NCBI RefSeq assembly: GCF_036321535.1
Contig: NC_087437.1
Coordinates: 119,104,001-119,168,000 of the forward strand
Origin: Camelus dromedarius
Taxonomy: Eukaryota
Reading direction: 5' to 3'
DNA: 64,000 nucleotides
Shown here: piece by piece, positions 1 through 11,659 of the stretch
Position numbering within the stretch: the first letter of the stretch is position 1
Layout: every line of letters begins with the position of its first letter
Notes under the pieces: generated by a model
Told to the model about the DNA's origin: nothing
Database searches by the model: none
Seen by the model: only the letters and a program-made list of their open reading frames with translations
Made by a program: the position numbers and the translations under genes

Positions 1-968
1 TTCAGTTCTTTGGGAGACACTCCTAGGGGCAGAGCGGCCTTGTCCTGTGGAACCTCATGTGTCTTGGAAAGAAACTGACCAGAAGGCAGTCTCGCCCACC
101 CACGTCCGGATGGGCTGGGCTTCTGCTCTCGAGGCCGAGACGTGCAGCTGTAACAGAGCCTGCAGCCTGCAGGGCCTGAGGGATTTCCTCTCTGCCCTTC
201 ACAGAAAGTGTGCCAACCCCGGTCTGAGGCCACTTCCTGGTGCAGCCCATCGCTTCACGGACTAGAACCCAGGGCCTCGGTCAGTGTCATCATGACCGGT
301 CAAAGTCTGAGTGCATTTAGGAAAAGAAGCCGAATCCCACAGGACAGGGCCTGACCTGCGCTCAAGCACCAGAGAGAGCACGCGGGAGCTGGCTGAAATG
401 CAGATTCCCGGCCCGGCTCCTGGAGAACGGGCTCTGGGTGGGTGCTGCGAACCTGCTTTCTTGTAAGCTCCTAAAGAACAGTCTAGAACCACACAGCTGT
501 TGGAGCTGTGAATTGAGGCAGGCAGCAGCTGGAGCGGCCTCAGGGACCCCCAAAATGCAGATTCCCACACAAGCCATCCCGCCCATAACCCACCAAGGGG
601 CCCAAGGCTCTTCCAGAACTTGGGTGCACCTGCCCGCCCCACCTGCACTTGCATCAATCTGAAACTACCAAGAAAACAAGCCTGTTTCTTATGGATCTGA
701 ACTCCTGGGACCACAACATGCTCCAAGGCTGCCCTTAAAGCTACAAAAGCATCTCCTCGGGAGGAGGTCGGCAGCAAGGGGAGCCGCACCACACTGTCCA
801 CCAAAGTCCACGGCAGACGGCACCCAACTCTGTCTGCGCGGGCTCTCGCTGGGAAAACTCCCACAGGGCCACCTCGGCCTGCCCACCCGGCCCCTGCACC
901 TGGGCCGGGAGCCCCAGGGGAGCCCTTGTTGAGGTGGGTGTCTCACGAGAAGATCCCTGGGTATAGAC

Positions 969-1183
969 TAGTGGTTCTCACCTAGGGGCAGCTTGGCCCC
1001 GAGGGGACATGGGGCACTGCCTGGAGACACTGTGGTTGTCACACCTGGGGGCTGCTCACCGCATCCACTGGGTAGAGGCCAGGAGTGCTGCTCGACCCCC
1101 AGCACAGCAGTGCACAGGACAGTCCCCAAGGCAAGGAACTAAACGGCCCCCTATGCCAAGAGTGCCAACCGCGACATCCCCTG
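969..1183. mobile_element. MER20-like hAT non-autonomous DNA transposon
   Basis: AGTGGTTCTCA...GGGGACAT...CTGGAGACA...GGTTGTCAC...GGGTAGAGGCCAGG...TGCACAGGACAG; imperfect 8-bp TSD GTATAGAC/GTACAGAG. Confidence 0.8.
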
Positions 1184-2287
1184 GTACAGAGCTAACGCAT
1201 TCTCAGCCCAATTTAAAACCAACCACAACAGACTGGAACCGCCCACTTAAGTGCTCCCAGCATTTATTTTCATTTTGATCTGCATCTGATTAAAATTCAC
1301 TTATTGACAGTTATTTACTGAGCATCCGCTAGACGTCAGAACCAATGAGAAAAGAGACCCCTTCCCCACTTCCGTGACGTTTACCTTCTAGGGCAGAAGA
1401 CGGAAAATTACACACAAAAGTGTAGTTGAAGATCTGAGTACTTTTAAGCAGAGGCGGGGCCAGGGGAAGTTTAATGAAGGGTCCCTAACTCAAGTGGGCC
1501 AAGGGCAGCAGACAGGGCTCACGAGGAGGTCAGAGCCCCACTCCCGCACGGGAGCCCAGGCCAGGGGCCACTCACGGCCATGATGCACTCAGGGTGGTCC
1601 CCAGGGCCCTGTTGCCCGAGGTGGGGAGGGAGGAAGCCGGACACAGGGCACAACTGTGGGGGCAGAACCATGAAGGCTGGTGATCGACTGGGCTGAGAAG
1701 AGAGGGGTAGCAAAGGTGAGCCCAGATCTCTACTGGGAGTCCCGGGGCAGGGAGGCGGGGGGGGGGGGTTCCCATTTATGGAAGCAGCAGGAGGGATTGT
1801 GGGGTGGGGGACAAGAGTGGTTCTAAACAGGCTCAAGGAGCAAAAGAATCCCACTGGGGTCGGGAACGAGTGAGACAGGTCTCAGGAGTGAATCCTGACA
1901 TTACTGAAAATAAAGCTGAGCTGAGCATACTTGCTTTCTTAGCACTCAGTGGAAAGTAAGATGCTCACAAGAGCCCCTGGGGTTCCCCGGGCCTAAGGGC
2001 TGCTCCCACCCTCCTGCGGAAGCTGCGGGCTCAGGGGCCTGGCCCAAGCCGGCCAGCCCCTCCCCTGTGGCCACAGGGCTTGCTGGGCTCCAGGACCATA
2101 GGGAGGCAGACCCCGACCTGCCCCCCGGTCTTGAAGGACATCTGAAAGAAGAGAGGACAGGATGCGGAGGTCAAGCATCATAAAGGCAGTCACTCAAGAA
2201 GCAGAGAGAGCGTGGCACCTTCGGGCCCACCTCCCTCCTCCTCCTCCTGGAAGACTTCCGGCCATCCACACTGACTGCACTCCAACG

Positions 2288-2342
2288 CTCATCCGCAGGC
2301 TGCTGCTCATCCCCAGGCTGCTGCTCATCCCCAGGCTGCTGC
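2288..2342. repeat. 18-bp tandem repeat, ~3 copies (GCTCATCCCCAGGCTGCT)
   Basis: Direct reading. Confidence 0.9.
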
Positions 2343-2396
2343 GGGGAGATCAGCACTGCTGCTGCTTCTGGTTTCTATTTTAAGAATCAGTTTTGT

Positions 2397-2551
2397 AGCT
2401 AATGCTCTATTCTTAGAAACAATGATCAGTACACACATGTAAACTAAAAAAAATGTGCAGTATATTGTATATATGTATTTACATGCAATATAATGTGTGT
2501 GTGCAGTCAAACTGTAATAATTCTAGCTAATAAAACTGAAAAAAGAAAAAA
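2397..2551 (+). mobile_element. 155-bp retroposed insertion of unidentified source
   Basis: 15-bp TSD AAGAATCAGTTTTGT (2382-2396 and 2552-2566), AATAAA at 2529-2534 and an A-rich tail. Confidence 0.85.
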
Positions 2552-2994
2552 AAGAATCAGTTTTGTGATCTGTCTGTTCCTTTCATTTAACGAGCTGGCG
2601 TGCCACCACTTCCCACCAGTGTAAGTCCAGTGCACAGCACCACTGTGGCACTGGCCTGCATCCTGCAGGACGGACAGAGACCACTTCCACCGGAAGACAG
2701 TGGGAGGCGCCCTCCCAGCCCACAGGCTTAGAGGCCCTGAGCTGTCAGGGCATTCTGAGAGCAAGGCCCCCACGCCAACCTGCCTGAGCGGTGAGGAGGT
2801 GTGCAATTACACTAAGGCCGAGGTCAATTACACTGAGGCCAAAGGTCTTAGCAAGTGAGGCTCTGAGCCTCTTGGCAAATAAAGTGTTTGCTTCCATTTG
2901 CCCAAAGCGAGTAATACGTAAAACCCAGGTGACTTCTGCTGGCTGAGCTCATCGGCGGCTCTGAAGAGCCGCTGGCAGCACATCAGTCCTCCCT

Positions 2995-3029
2995 CCGCCA
3001 GCCCCGCCAGCCCCGCCAGCCCCGCCAGC
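2995..3029. repeat. 9-bp tandem repeat, ~4 copies (CCGCCAGCC)
   Basis: Direct reading. Confidence 0.9.
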
Positions 3030-6000
3030 AGAGTTCAGCTAGTTCACTGCTCTCTCCCCTGCCCCAGGCCCTTTCCACCAAAAAGAAATCCCATTTACCT
3101 CAGTTAAAAAAAAAAAAAAGTCAGCCCATGCCGTCTTTGGAACAAAGGCCAGGCAGGCTTAGCACCACTGACCACACATCCCAAGACATTTCGTGGAGAA
3201 CCAGCTATCCTGGAAAACAAGTCTTGTTTCCAGGGATAAATCACCTTCTCCACAACAGCTCAGTCAGAAACGCCTTAGAGCAGAGGACACCGCCAGTGAC
3301 TGCACCCCTCTGGGGCGAGGAAGGGGATCCCGGGGACACAGAGGGAGTCGCTTCGCACCGGCCTGGGGAGCAGGTTGGCTGGGCCCCCTAAAAGCCAGTA
3401 CTGGTTGTGTTCAGAAAGGGTGGCACAAAAATGTTCATCCCGTTTACATTCCAGTAACTGCTGGGCTGAAATCCAAGCCACCCCATCCTCTGGGCCTTTC
3501 TTCAACTGCCCCTGTGACACCCTGCTGGGACCCCCGCCCTCATCCCCCATCCCCCACCCCCACACACATAGTGGCACCTGCAATTCAATTAAGCCTGGAA
3601 AGGGCCCTCTCCGGGAGCTGCCGGAAGAAAGCTGTATAGTCCTTGCACACATAAAACCACTGCTTTTTCATCAATGGCATCATTTTTCATCAAGTATGTT
3701 ATTAAATATACTTTCCCTGGAAGCAGTGTTTCTGGTTCACGCTGACAACAACACAAACGGAGCTGGAGATCAGTTACTGTGATGACCATTACTACTTTAG
3801 GACCTGGAGAGATTTTCAAACCAGCCCCAGAGCCCAGGTGTGGGCGGGGGCTGGGGAGCGCAGGGATCCCCAGGCGCCCAGTCTCGTCATGGTCGGCGGC
3901 ATCATCATCAAACCCCACTCTGTATGGTTGGGAGTGAAGCTCCAGGCAACCCGAGTCCACTGACATCGGTCCTAACTAAACAGCCTCAAAATGGTGACGT
4001 GCTAAAAGCGTTCCTACGACTGGGCACAATTCAGCAGGGCTGGCACCATCGCTCCTGTAATCACTGCAAACACATCTCCTTTCTCCCCTTTGGGGAAGGG
4101 TTGCTAAGTCTGTTTCCCAGCAGGAATGGGGAAAGCACCCCCACCCCACCCACCTTGGTCCTAGATGCCAAATCTCTGGGCATTAATGGGATCGAATCGG
4201 GGTTCAGCTTGTTGAAGATACTTTCTCAAAAGCACTGACATCAGTTCAGTTTTTCTTCTCATTATTCACAGCTGGCCAAAGTGTATTTTCCCCAGCCCAG
4301 GGAGGGTATCTGGGTAGGAAGAAATATGAGACATAAAACCAGGCTGATTATTTCTAAAAGACACTTTCTGGAGAAGTCACAGGGTTCTCCTCTGAGCTCG
4401 GTCAGAAATTCCAAAGACCAAAGACACCCAACGGGAGAAGGCAGCTTCCTGGAGGCATGTCCCTCGGAAGGGTCAGAAAACGGCCCTGGGGGAGTGGAGC
4501 AGCAGGAAACTGGGGGAAGAAGGGAAAGGACCAGGAGCGGGCAAGGGCGCCTGCTAACAGAGAGCTCCTCAGAAGGAGAAACCTGGGAACCACCTTTGGG
4601 AAGAGGCAGCAGGAAAAATGGTTTAATCATTTGTTAGCTGATGCCTCTCGGCCAGGCCCTCTGACTGAGCACCAATCCAGTCCTGTTCCCAGGGAGCCTG
4701 CAAGGGGTTCCCACACTGCTATTTTTAAAACCGACAAGAACCGGGCTTGTCCATCGTCAGCTCTGTCCCTGCACACCCGGGGTTTGCTCAGGCTCGCCCC
4801 GACTAGCTGCTGCGATCATGCAGCAGCTGCCGGCGCGCAGGCATTCTGGGCTTCCTCTCCGGCAGGAGTGGGTGCTGGAGGAACGGGGCCTCTGGGGCTT
4901 AGTTCTCTCCTAAATGGAAATGCTCCCCCCTCACTAGACCCTGCCTAAGCTCTCATGATCCCCTAAAGAGGGTCAGCCAGGGCAGCCACACATCTCCCCA
5001 AAGCCACCAGACGTGCCCATAAGGGAGTGGGAATGCAAACCAATAGGGCGTCATTTGTGACCTCCCTGAAGTGCCCATGGAAGCCACTTGGAAGCCGTTT
5101 CTCTGCCCCCTGGGAACCTCAAGGAGTCTCTGGGAACTGGCAGCCCCGTAATTTTACACGTGGCCTGGGGCACCTGCCACTCCAAGGAGCCCGAGGTTGG
5201 GGGTAGGGATCAGGCCCTGCTGTGGCCAAGGAGGGGCATGAAGACGGGGGCCAGTGAAGCAGCGAGGGGCCAGAAGGCCCCAGTCTGGCCAGAGGGAAAA
5301 GCAGCTGGTGAAAATGAGTCTGAGCCACACCTGCACCTGTGCTGGGTCCCCAGGTAACCAGTGGTGGAGACCCTGGGAGAGGAAAGGCCAGGCCCTCATG
5401 GCGGGGGTGAGACAAGACTTGGCAGGGAGGGCTACAGGGCTGGGGGCTGCACCCAGGAGCCCCAGGAAAATCCTCTTCCCCACTCCAGGAAGCATCCTGC
5501 AGATAGAAGGGTGAGGGTGGCAGGCAGCTCATCAAAGGGCACTGAGACCACCCTGCCCAACCTGGCAGGACGGGTGGCACCACCACCACGTCGGGGTGGA
5601 GATGCGACCCACAAGACCCAACGCAACCAGCTCCTCCCGCACCACAGCGGGACTGTCACAGATGCCTAGTGAGCACCTCAGACCAAAGGCAGTCAATCAG
5701 TAACCTAGAAGAGTTTTCTTTACAAAGAGCAGGGGTCTGACCATCCTCTCAGGCAGAGAAATCGGCCTGGCTGCTCACGCAGAACTCCAGCCGGCTCTAC
5801 CCGGCCCGGCAAAGTGCCAGAGGTGAACATCTTCCTGTTGGGCGATGCTGACCTGGACCCAGCTGCCCAGCACATGCCACCACCTGCCTGTTTCGGGCAG
5901 GGCAAGAAGGCCTTCCAGGTAAAGGACAAAACACTTTTCAACCAGGCTATGCAAGATCCTAAGTGGCCCGCCTCAAGTGGAGAAATCCTCCCTCCAACTG

Positions 6001-7182
6001 GGCCACCCAAGAAACAAGGGTCTGGACGCTGAGAACAACAGATTCCGGGGATGGAGGCTCATGAGTCAGCCTGGGGACACGCTTGTTTACTACGCTCTTC
6101 CAACACAAGACATTGGTGTGCAAAGCTCCGCTGACGACTAAATCGGCCAGAAGACTCCATCAGACAAGCGAGCGTCCCCAAGAGCATAAAAACACGCACA
6201 CGGCGGCGGCAGGAGTGCTGCCTTTCAGGATCTAACCACTGGCTGGCTTTCAAAGTGGTTTGGATTTCATCAAAATAACCACAGCGCCCCTCCTGGCCTG
6301 AGAACTTCCCAGAATCCGAAGCACAGAGAGGGGAGTAAGAGCTTATTTCACAAGCATCTCACCTTTGAGTTAGTGAAATCTCTACGACATGGGTCACCAC
6401 TCTACTGAAGTTCCCAAGAAACACTGGGTTTGCAGCTTAGAGCAAAAAGCCACCAATAGGCCAGGATGGAAACGCAAAGCCGCTGAGGGCAGGGGGCTTC
6501 CTCCCAACCATGACTGCACCCTCGTCCGGGGATGAGCGTCAACGCCGTCCTACCAGGGGAAAGCTGGGCTTTGGAGGCCGGATCAGAAGCCAGGTCTCTG
6601 AGACAGCAAAGGTTGTGCAGTATTTAAAAGGAGTCTACTTGTGTTGGGGGCTGACTGTATAAGGGGTGGGAGTGAGGGTCTCCATACAGAACATAAACAC
6701 CACATAACTTCCAAGTACGATGCAAATTTCACCAAAGGATAAGTAATTTAAATGTGCTCAATTGAAGCTTATATATCAGTTTTTAAAATGCAGTCGTAAA
6801 TGGTGAACATCCCCCATTCCCAAAAAAAGAGCTGTTTCTCAAGACCATCCTTCTACCCTACCCCTAAAATTATGCACAGACCACAGCCCAAGGTCCGAAT
6901 TTAACTGGGGCAGCTCTTGTTCTTTCCAACTGTCTTCACTAACTTGCGGAGGTTAACTTCATTAACATAACTTCATTAAGAGCACCCCACTTGTGGAGGG
7001 ACAGGCAGGTGGCAATCCAGCTTTTGTACGGGGAATCTGGGGTCCAGGAGGCGCTGTGGCTTGGCCACAAAGCGGGTTAGTGCCAGGCCCCTCCCCAGAG
7101 GGTCGGCCGAAATTAAGTCAGCGAAAAGGCGAACGGGCAGCGAGGAAGCGCTGGGCTCTGGAACAGGGACCCGGGGCCGCCT

Positions 7183-7241
7183 GCCAGACCCCACTGCACC
7201 GCCAGACCCCACTGCACCGCCAGACCCCACTGCACCGCCAG
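7183..7241. repeat. 18-bp tandem repeat, 3.3 copies (GCCAGACCCCACTGCACC)
   Basis: Three perfect units at 7183, 7201 and 7219. Confidence 0.95.
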
Positions 7242-7399
7242 GCCCAAGCCAGAGAGCGCCGAGGCTTAAGAGCCCCGGCGCCCAGTGATAATTACCGCCT
7301 TACACCAATTTGTGCTCCAAAGTAAATTACTAAGTAAGTCGAACGGAGTCTAACTAACTCACAAAGCCCAGATCCCCACATGGCAATTTTTCTAAGCCC

Positions 7400-8270
7400 G
7401 GCGCTGACCGCAGCACCCGGGTGCCTCCTGGGCTTGCCGGACGCTCCTCCGAGGGGCGCGGGTCCCAGGCGCTAGGTGAGCCCGCGACCCTGAAATCCCG
7501 CGGCTCACCGGAAGCCAGGTAACAATACCGGGCACTTTACAACGTCTTAGGCAAACGCACCCCCACCGCCCCCGAGGTCACCCGTAGGAGCCGCAGCCCG
7601 GGGCCCCGGCGTGAGCAATGAGCCCCCGAGCTCGCCAAACCACCCCCCGCGTCCCTCCGGCCCGGCAAGCGGCGCAAACGCCCCGGGGGCTCGCGGCCTC
7701 GCCCGGCGCTTGCTCTCCCTCCGAGGCTGCTCTGGAGGTGACTCAGCTGGAGAGGATGAGCACCCCGACCCCGGCCCGCCGCTGCGAGGCCGGGCCCCGC
7801 CGCCCGCCCCAGCGCCACCGCCCCTGCCCCTGCCCGGGCCGCTGACCTGTCGTCGACGTGCAGGCTCGGCGAGCACTTGATGGCGAGCCACGTCTTCCAG
7901 TGGACGTGGCGCACCTTGTACACCTGCCCGAAGCCGCCCGAGCCCACCTTCTCCCAGCTCGCGAACTCGCCCGCGTCGAAGGTGCGCAGCAGCCCCAAGG
8001 CCCACGGGCTCCGGCTCTCGCCCTCCATCGCGCGCGTCTAGCCGACGCCCCGCGCCGCCGCGGCCGCCCAGGTGCCCAGGTGCGCTCCCCGCCCGCTGAC
8101 GTCACGTCCGCCGTGCGCCCCGCCCCCCGCCAGCCCCGCCCCCACCCCGGGCCCGGGCTCGGGGCAGACTCACCCAGGGACGCGCGGACTCACCGCGCTT
8201 ACGCCCAGCATGGGAAGGACCCGGCGCCGCGCGCGGCCGCTGGCCTGCGTGTGTGCGAATGTGTGTGCGT
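7400..8270. promoter_or_regulatory. CpG island / RIPK4 promoter
   Basis: Very high GC and CpG density around exon 1. Palindromic CRE TGACGTCA at 8097-8104 and GC boxes (CCCCGCCC) at ~8118-8142, upstream of the ATG; no TATA box seen. Confidence 0.9.
7847..8028 (-). CDS. RIPK4: Receptor-interacting serine/threonine kinase 4, coding exon 1 (182 nt, ends phase 2); remaining exons lie beyond the left edge
   Basis: ATG at 8028 reads [60 protein letters not shown]. It contains the kinase Gly-rich loop GSGGFG and the AIK lysine, and I recognise it as the RIPK4 N-terminus. Donor AG|GTCAGC at 7847/7846. Confidence 0.97.
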
Positions 8271-8279
8271 GTACAGGTC

Positions 8280-8710
8280 ATTGTAGAATCATAAGCAGTT
8301 GTAAACAATAATTCCCTCTGCCAACTTTTTCCCCAGTGCTATCACTTTGGAAAACTTTGCAAAACAAGAAAACTGTAAATACTGACTTTGGTACAATCCA
8401 CCAACCTTATTCAGGTTTCCCCAATTTTATTTGTCCTTGTTGGTGAGTAGTAAGTTCTATAAAATGTTATCACCTGTGTAGGTTCGTGTATCCCCCACTA
8501 CAGTCAATATAGGGGACGTTCCAAGGCCCAAGAAGCCCTCTCGTGGCCCTTTTATAACTGAACTCCCAAGCCCTGGCCATCACTAATCGTTCCTCTATTT
8601 CTAAAAATTGTGTTATTTCAAAATAGGTTATGTTAGTACATAGGAATCATACAGAGTGGCAGCTCATGGCTTTTTGCATTCGGCGTAACTCCTGGAGATT
8701 CATGTCTGGC
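8280..8710 (-). mobile_element. Old L1 (L1MC-like) 3' UTR fragment abutting the RIPK4 promoter
   Basis: AT-rich block with recalled L1MC motifs (CCTGGCCATCACTAATC, GGAATCATACAG, CTGGAGATTCAT). Confidence 0.6.
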
Positions 8711-10056
8711 TCTTTTTCACCGAAGTTTCCACTTTGAAAGTAAGATTTATTTTAAAATTACCCCAACAGCAAAGCTAAAGCGCAGGGGGTCTTCCAACCT
8801 TTCCTAGAGAACCGTGTCTTTTTACAGGTAGAACAGATCACTTGAAAAGGAAAGATGTTTTTTCCACCTGTAGGGGAAAATAATCCCAGCTGGAATGCAT
8901 TTGGACAGATACCTGGGTCAGAGGTCAAGAGGTGTAATTACAAACTTTCACACCTGAAAAACACTCATTAGTGTATGACTGTGCAGTGAAGGAAGACTTA
9001 TTCTTGACCAAATGAGATAAATAATGGGGGCAGGATGGGGGAGACAAGAGGGAGCATTTTAATAACATTAACTGTATTTTTGTGTTAGTTACCTGAAAAG
9101 GAGAGGTTGATCTAAACCAGCATCTATATAAGCCAGCAGCCACACTAGAAGCTCAGACTTGGCTTCTAAAGACCTTACCTTCCACTGGGCACATAATCTT
9201 ATTTTACAGCCAGTGACCGAGCCCCACTTTCTCCTGGGACTTCTCTTTGGCAAGTGCTCACACACTGGATCACACAGGACAGTGCGTGTTCCAGCGCCTC
9301 CTGGGAAAATCAGGCAGTCACATCCTTTATGATATAATGTTGAAATCAAAATTGATCTCCTTGCAACTGGAGTGGGAAATAGTTATTTCAAGTTGGTTTG
9401 TCACAAATGGAACTATTTAAACTAACATTTAAAAAAATAAGTGGAATCCAAAATATATGAAGATAACCTGAAATACATAAACATAGTCATTATTTTGGAG
9501 GAAAAAATGAATTGAGTAGAAAATGAGTCATGTGTCCTGCTTCTGGCACCTTTCTCTAGACACCCTGCATATTCTAGAGTCTCACTGCAGGAAGTTCAGC
9601 GGCATTGGTGACTAACAGTCCACACCAGTCTAGTAATAAATCGCACCAATTTCATTTATTTAATCACCTGCTTGCTTCACTCAACAAATATTTATGGAGT
9701 GTCTGCTGCAGGCTCAGCGTTGGGCTCCTGGGCCACGGAACCAGAGCCCACAGGGGCCTTGACAATCAGCCCCCAGCTGCGAGGATAGGGGCCAAAGATC
9801 CTGGCCAGGGCTGGGTGGACGGGCCCAGCTGCTCCTCCAACTTCACTGGGGTCCTCATCTCGGCCACTCAACCCATTCTGAGGGTCAGGTTTTCAATCTG
9901 TAAAAGGAAAACAAAGTCCCTAGCAGAAATCTTAAAGTCAGGTGGGTTAGAGACCCTCTGGGATTGATAATAGGAGAGTAATTGTTATTTATGTTAATGG
10001 TCATTGGTCATTGGCAGGAAAGGTTGACATTTCCAAGTATATAAGCAACTTATATT

Positions 10057-10210
10057 GAGGAGGGTATGGCTTAGTGGTAGAGTAAATGTTTAGTGGTAGA
10101 GGGCATGTTTAGCATGTACAAGGTCCTGGGTTCAATCCCCAGTACCTCCAATAAAAATTAAATTAGTAAACCTAATTACCCCCCCCCCAAAAAACAAATA
10201 AACAAACAAA
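10057..10210 (+). mobile_element. tRNA-derived SINE (camelid Vic-1-like)
   Basis: GAGGGTATGGCTTAGTGGTAGAG...TTAGCATG...GGTCCTGGGTTCAATCCCCAG (A and B boxes), CCTAATTACC tail motif and an A-rich tail. The A-box segment is internally duplicated. Confidence 0.88.
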
Positions 10211-10223
10211 AGTAACTTACAGC

Positions 10224-10497
10224 TAGAAACAGACTCACAGAAATAGAGAAAAACCTGGTGGTTACCTGTGGGGAGAAGAGCAATGTAGGGGCAGAGAATT
10301 AAGAGTTTTATACAAACTATTATGTATAAAACTGTCTACAAGAACATGCCACACAGGGGATATAACCGATATTTTATAATAACTATAAATGGAGTAGAAC
10401 CTTTAAAAATTGTGACTCGCTATATTGTGCACCTGTAACTTATATAATATTCTACATCAACTATACTTCACCAAAATAAATTACTGATAAAAAAAAG
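10224..10497 (+). mobile_element. 5'-truncated L1 3' end
   Basis: AGACTCACAGA...GGTTACC...CAACTATACTTCA followed by an A-rich tail; homologous to the other L1 3' ends in the window. Confidence 0.82.
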
Positions 10498-10515
10498 TTA
10501 CTGTTTCAATATTTT

Positions 10516-10630
10516 CGGGGAGGAGGTAATTAGATTATTTATTTAGTTATAACGGAGGTACTGGGGATTGAACCTAGGTCCTTGTGCATGCTAAGCAAGA
10601 GCTCTACCACTGAGCTGTGCCCTCCCACAA
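10516..10630 (-). mobile_element. tRNA-derived SINE (Vic-1-like)
   Basis: Reverse complement of the SINE head; 13-bp TSD GTTTCAATATTTT at 10503-10515 and 10631-10643. Confidence 0.9.
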
Positions 10631-10643
10631 GTTTCAATATTTT

Positions 10644-10925
10644 TTAAAATGTTACTGAAGTATAGATGATTTCCAATGTTGTGTTAACTTCAGTTGCACA
10701 GCATGGTGGTTCAGTTATACATAGATATACATACATATATATATAATTTATCATTATAGGTTATTACAAGCTATTGACCATAGTTCCCTGTGCTAAACAG
10801 GAGGACCTTGTTGTATATCTATTTTATATATAGTAGTGGGTATCTGAAAAGCCCAAACTCCTAATTTATCCCTCCCTGACTCCACCCTGTTCCCCACCCC
10901 ATAACCATAAGTTTGTTTTCTATGT
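10644..10925 (-). mobile_element. 5'-truncated L1 3' end
   Basis: TGAAGTATAG...TATAGGTTATTACAAG...TAACCATAAGTTTGTTTTCTATGT is the reverse complement of the L1 3' UTR terminus. Confidence 0.85.
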
Positions 10926-11659
10926 TTTAATATTTTAATGATTATTTTAGCATTGTTTATTTTACAATGTGAGGAGATAAACCTTTGGGGTTACTCCATG
11001 GCCATCCAAGAAACCACGAAGACAGTTTAGATGTAGAAGATATCTTACCATTTTTGACAGAGAAAACTTGGTACTACATTAAGTTATGAGACTAAAGAGT
11101 CTAAAGAAAATATTTAGTCTTATTTTGTTATACGAATATGTAACATAAAAATGTAGCAAGTAACAGCGACAAACTATGTGAAAAGATGTAAAATGAACAC
11201 CAAAAATCAGTTTGTTTAAATGATTTACCTTATTTAAAAAGGCACAAAATATAAAGGTCGTCATTTTTAAACTGTAGGTGTTTGAGCACTTGTAAGTTGT
11301 TTTTTATAAATCCTAACATACCATTTTCTGTATGCGATTAAGCATACAAAATTGAAATTTAAAGCTTTTCCTGTTAGCTTTAAAATACAATAAATCTTAA
11401 CAGAATGTTACATAAGAAAATGCATACTGGATTGTTTTCCATCTTAATGAGCTGTTGCACATTTCTTAGTAAACAAAGAAATTTCATCTATACTTTTGTA
11501 AACAATCGTAGTCTCCGAAATGATTGAACCCACTACGTATCAATAATTTTTATAGCAATGAAAACTTTTAATCAAAGCATAAAGTCACTTTGAATATATT
11601 TTAGGTAAAAATAACAGTGGACCGATTTCAAGAAAAATATTGGGTGGGTAATAGTGCAA

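Noticed and set aside
7183..7241. Short direct repeats (also at 2288 and 56925) as possible CRISPR-like arrays
   Set aside because: The units are head-to-tail with no unique spacers, the context is eukaryotic, and there are no cas genes.
1..7400. Search for RIPK4 exon 2 or a nested gene in intron 1
   Set aside because: No frame with kinase subdomain III-V sequence or other protein-like content was found; exon 2 is presumably left of the window.
7537..7846. C-terminal extension of the 163-aa ORF containing RIPK4 exon 1
   Set aside because: It reads through the splice donor into GC-rich intron sequence; kinase similarity stops exactly at the donor.
10057..10150. tRNA-Ala-like sequences at SINE heads (also at 10550, 18124, 20525, 39415 and 45630)
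   Set aside because: They are diverged and attached to SINE tails and TSDs, so they are retroposons rather than tRNA genes.
11050..11650. AT-rich block that might be an ancient DNA-transposon internal fragment
   Set aside because: I could not identify terminal repeats or a transposase frame by eye; a Dfam search is needed.
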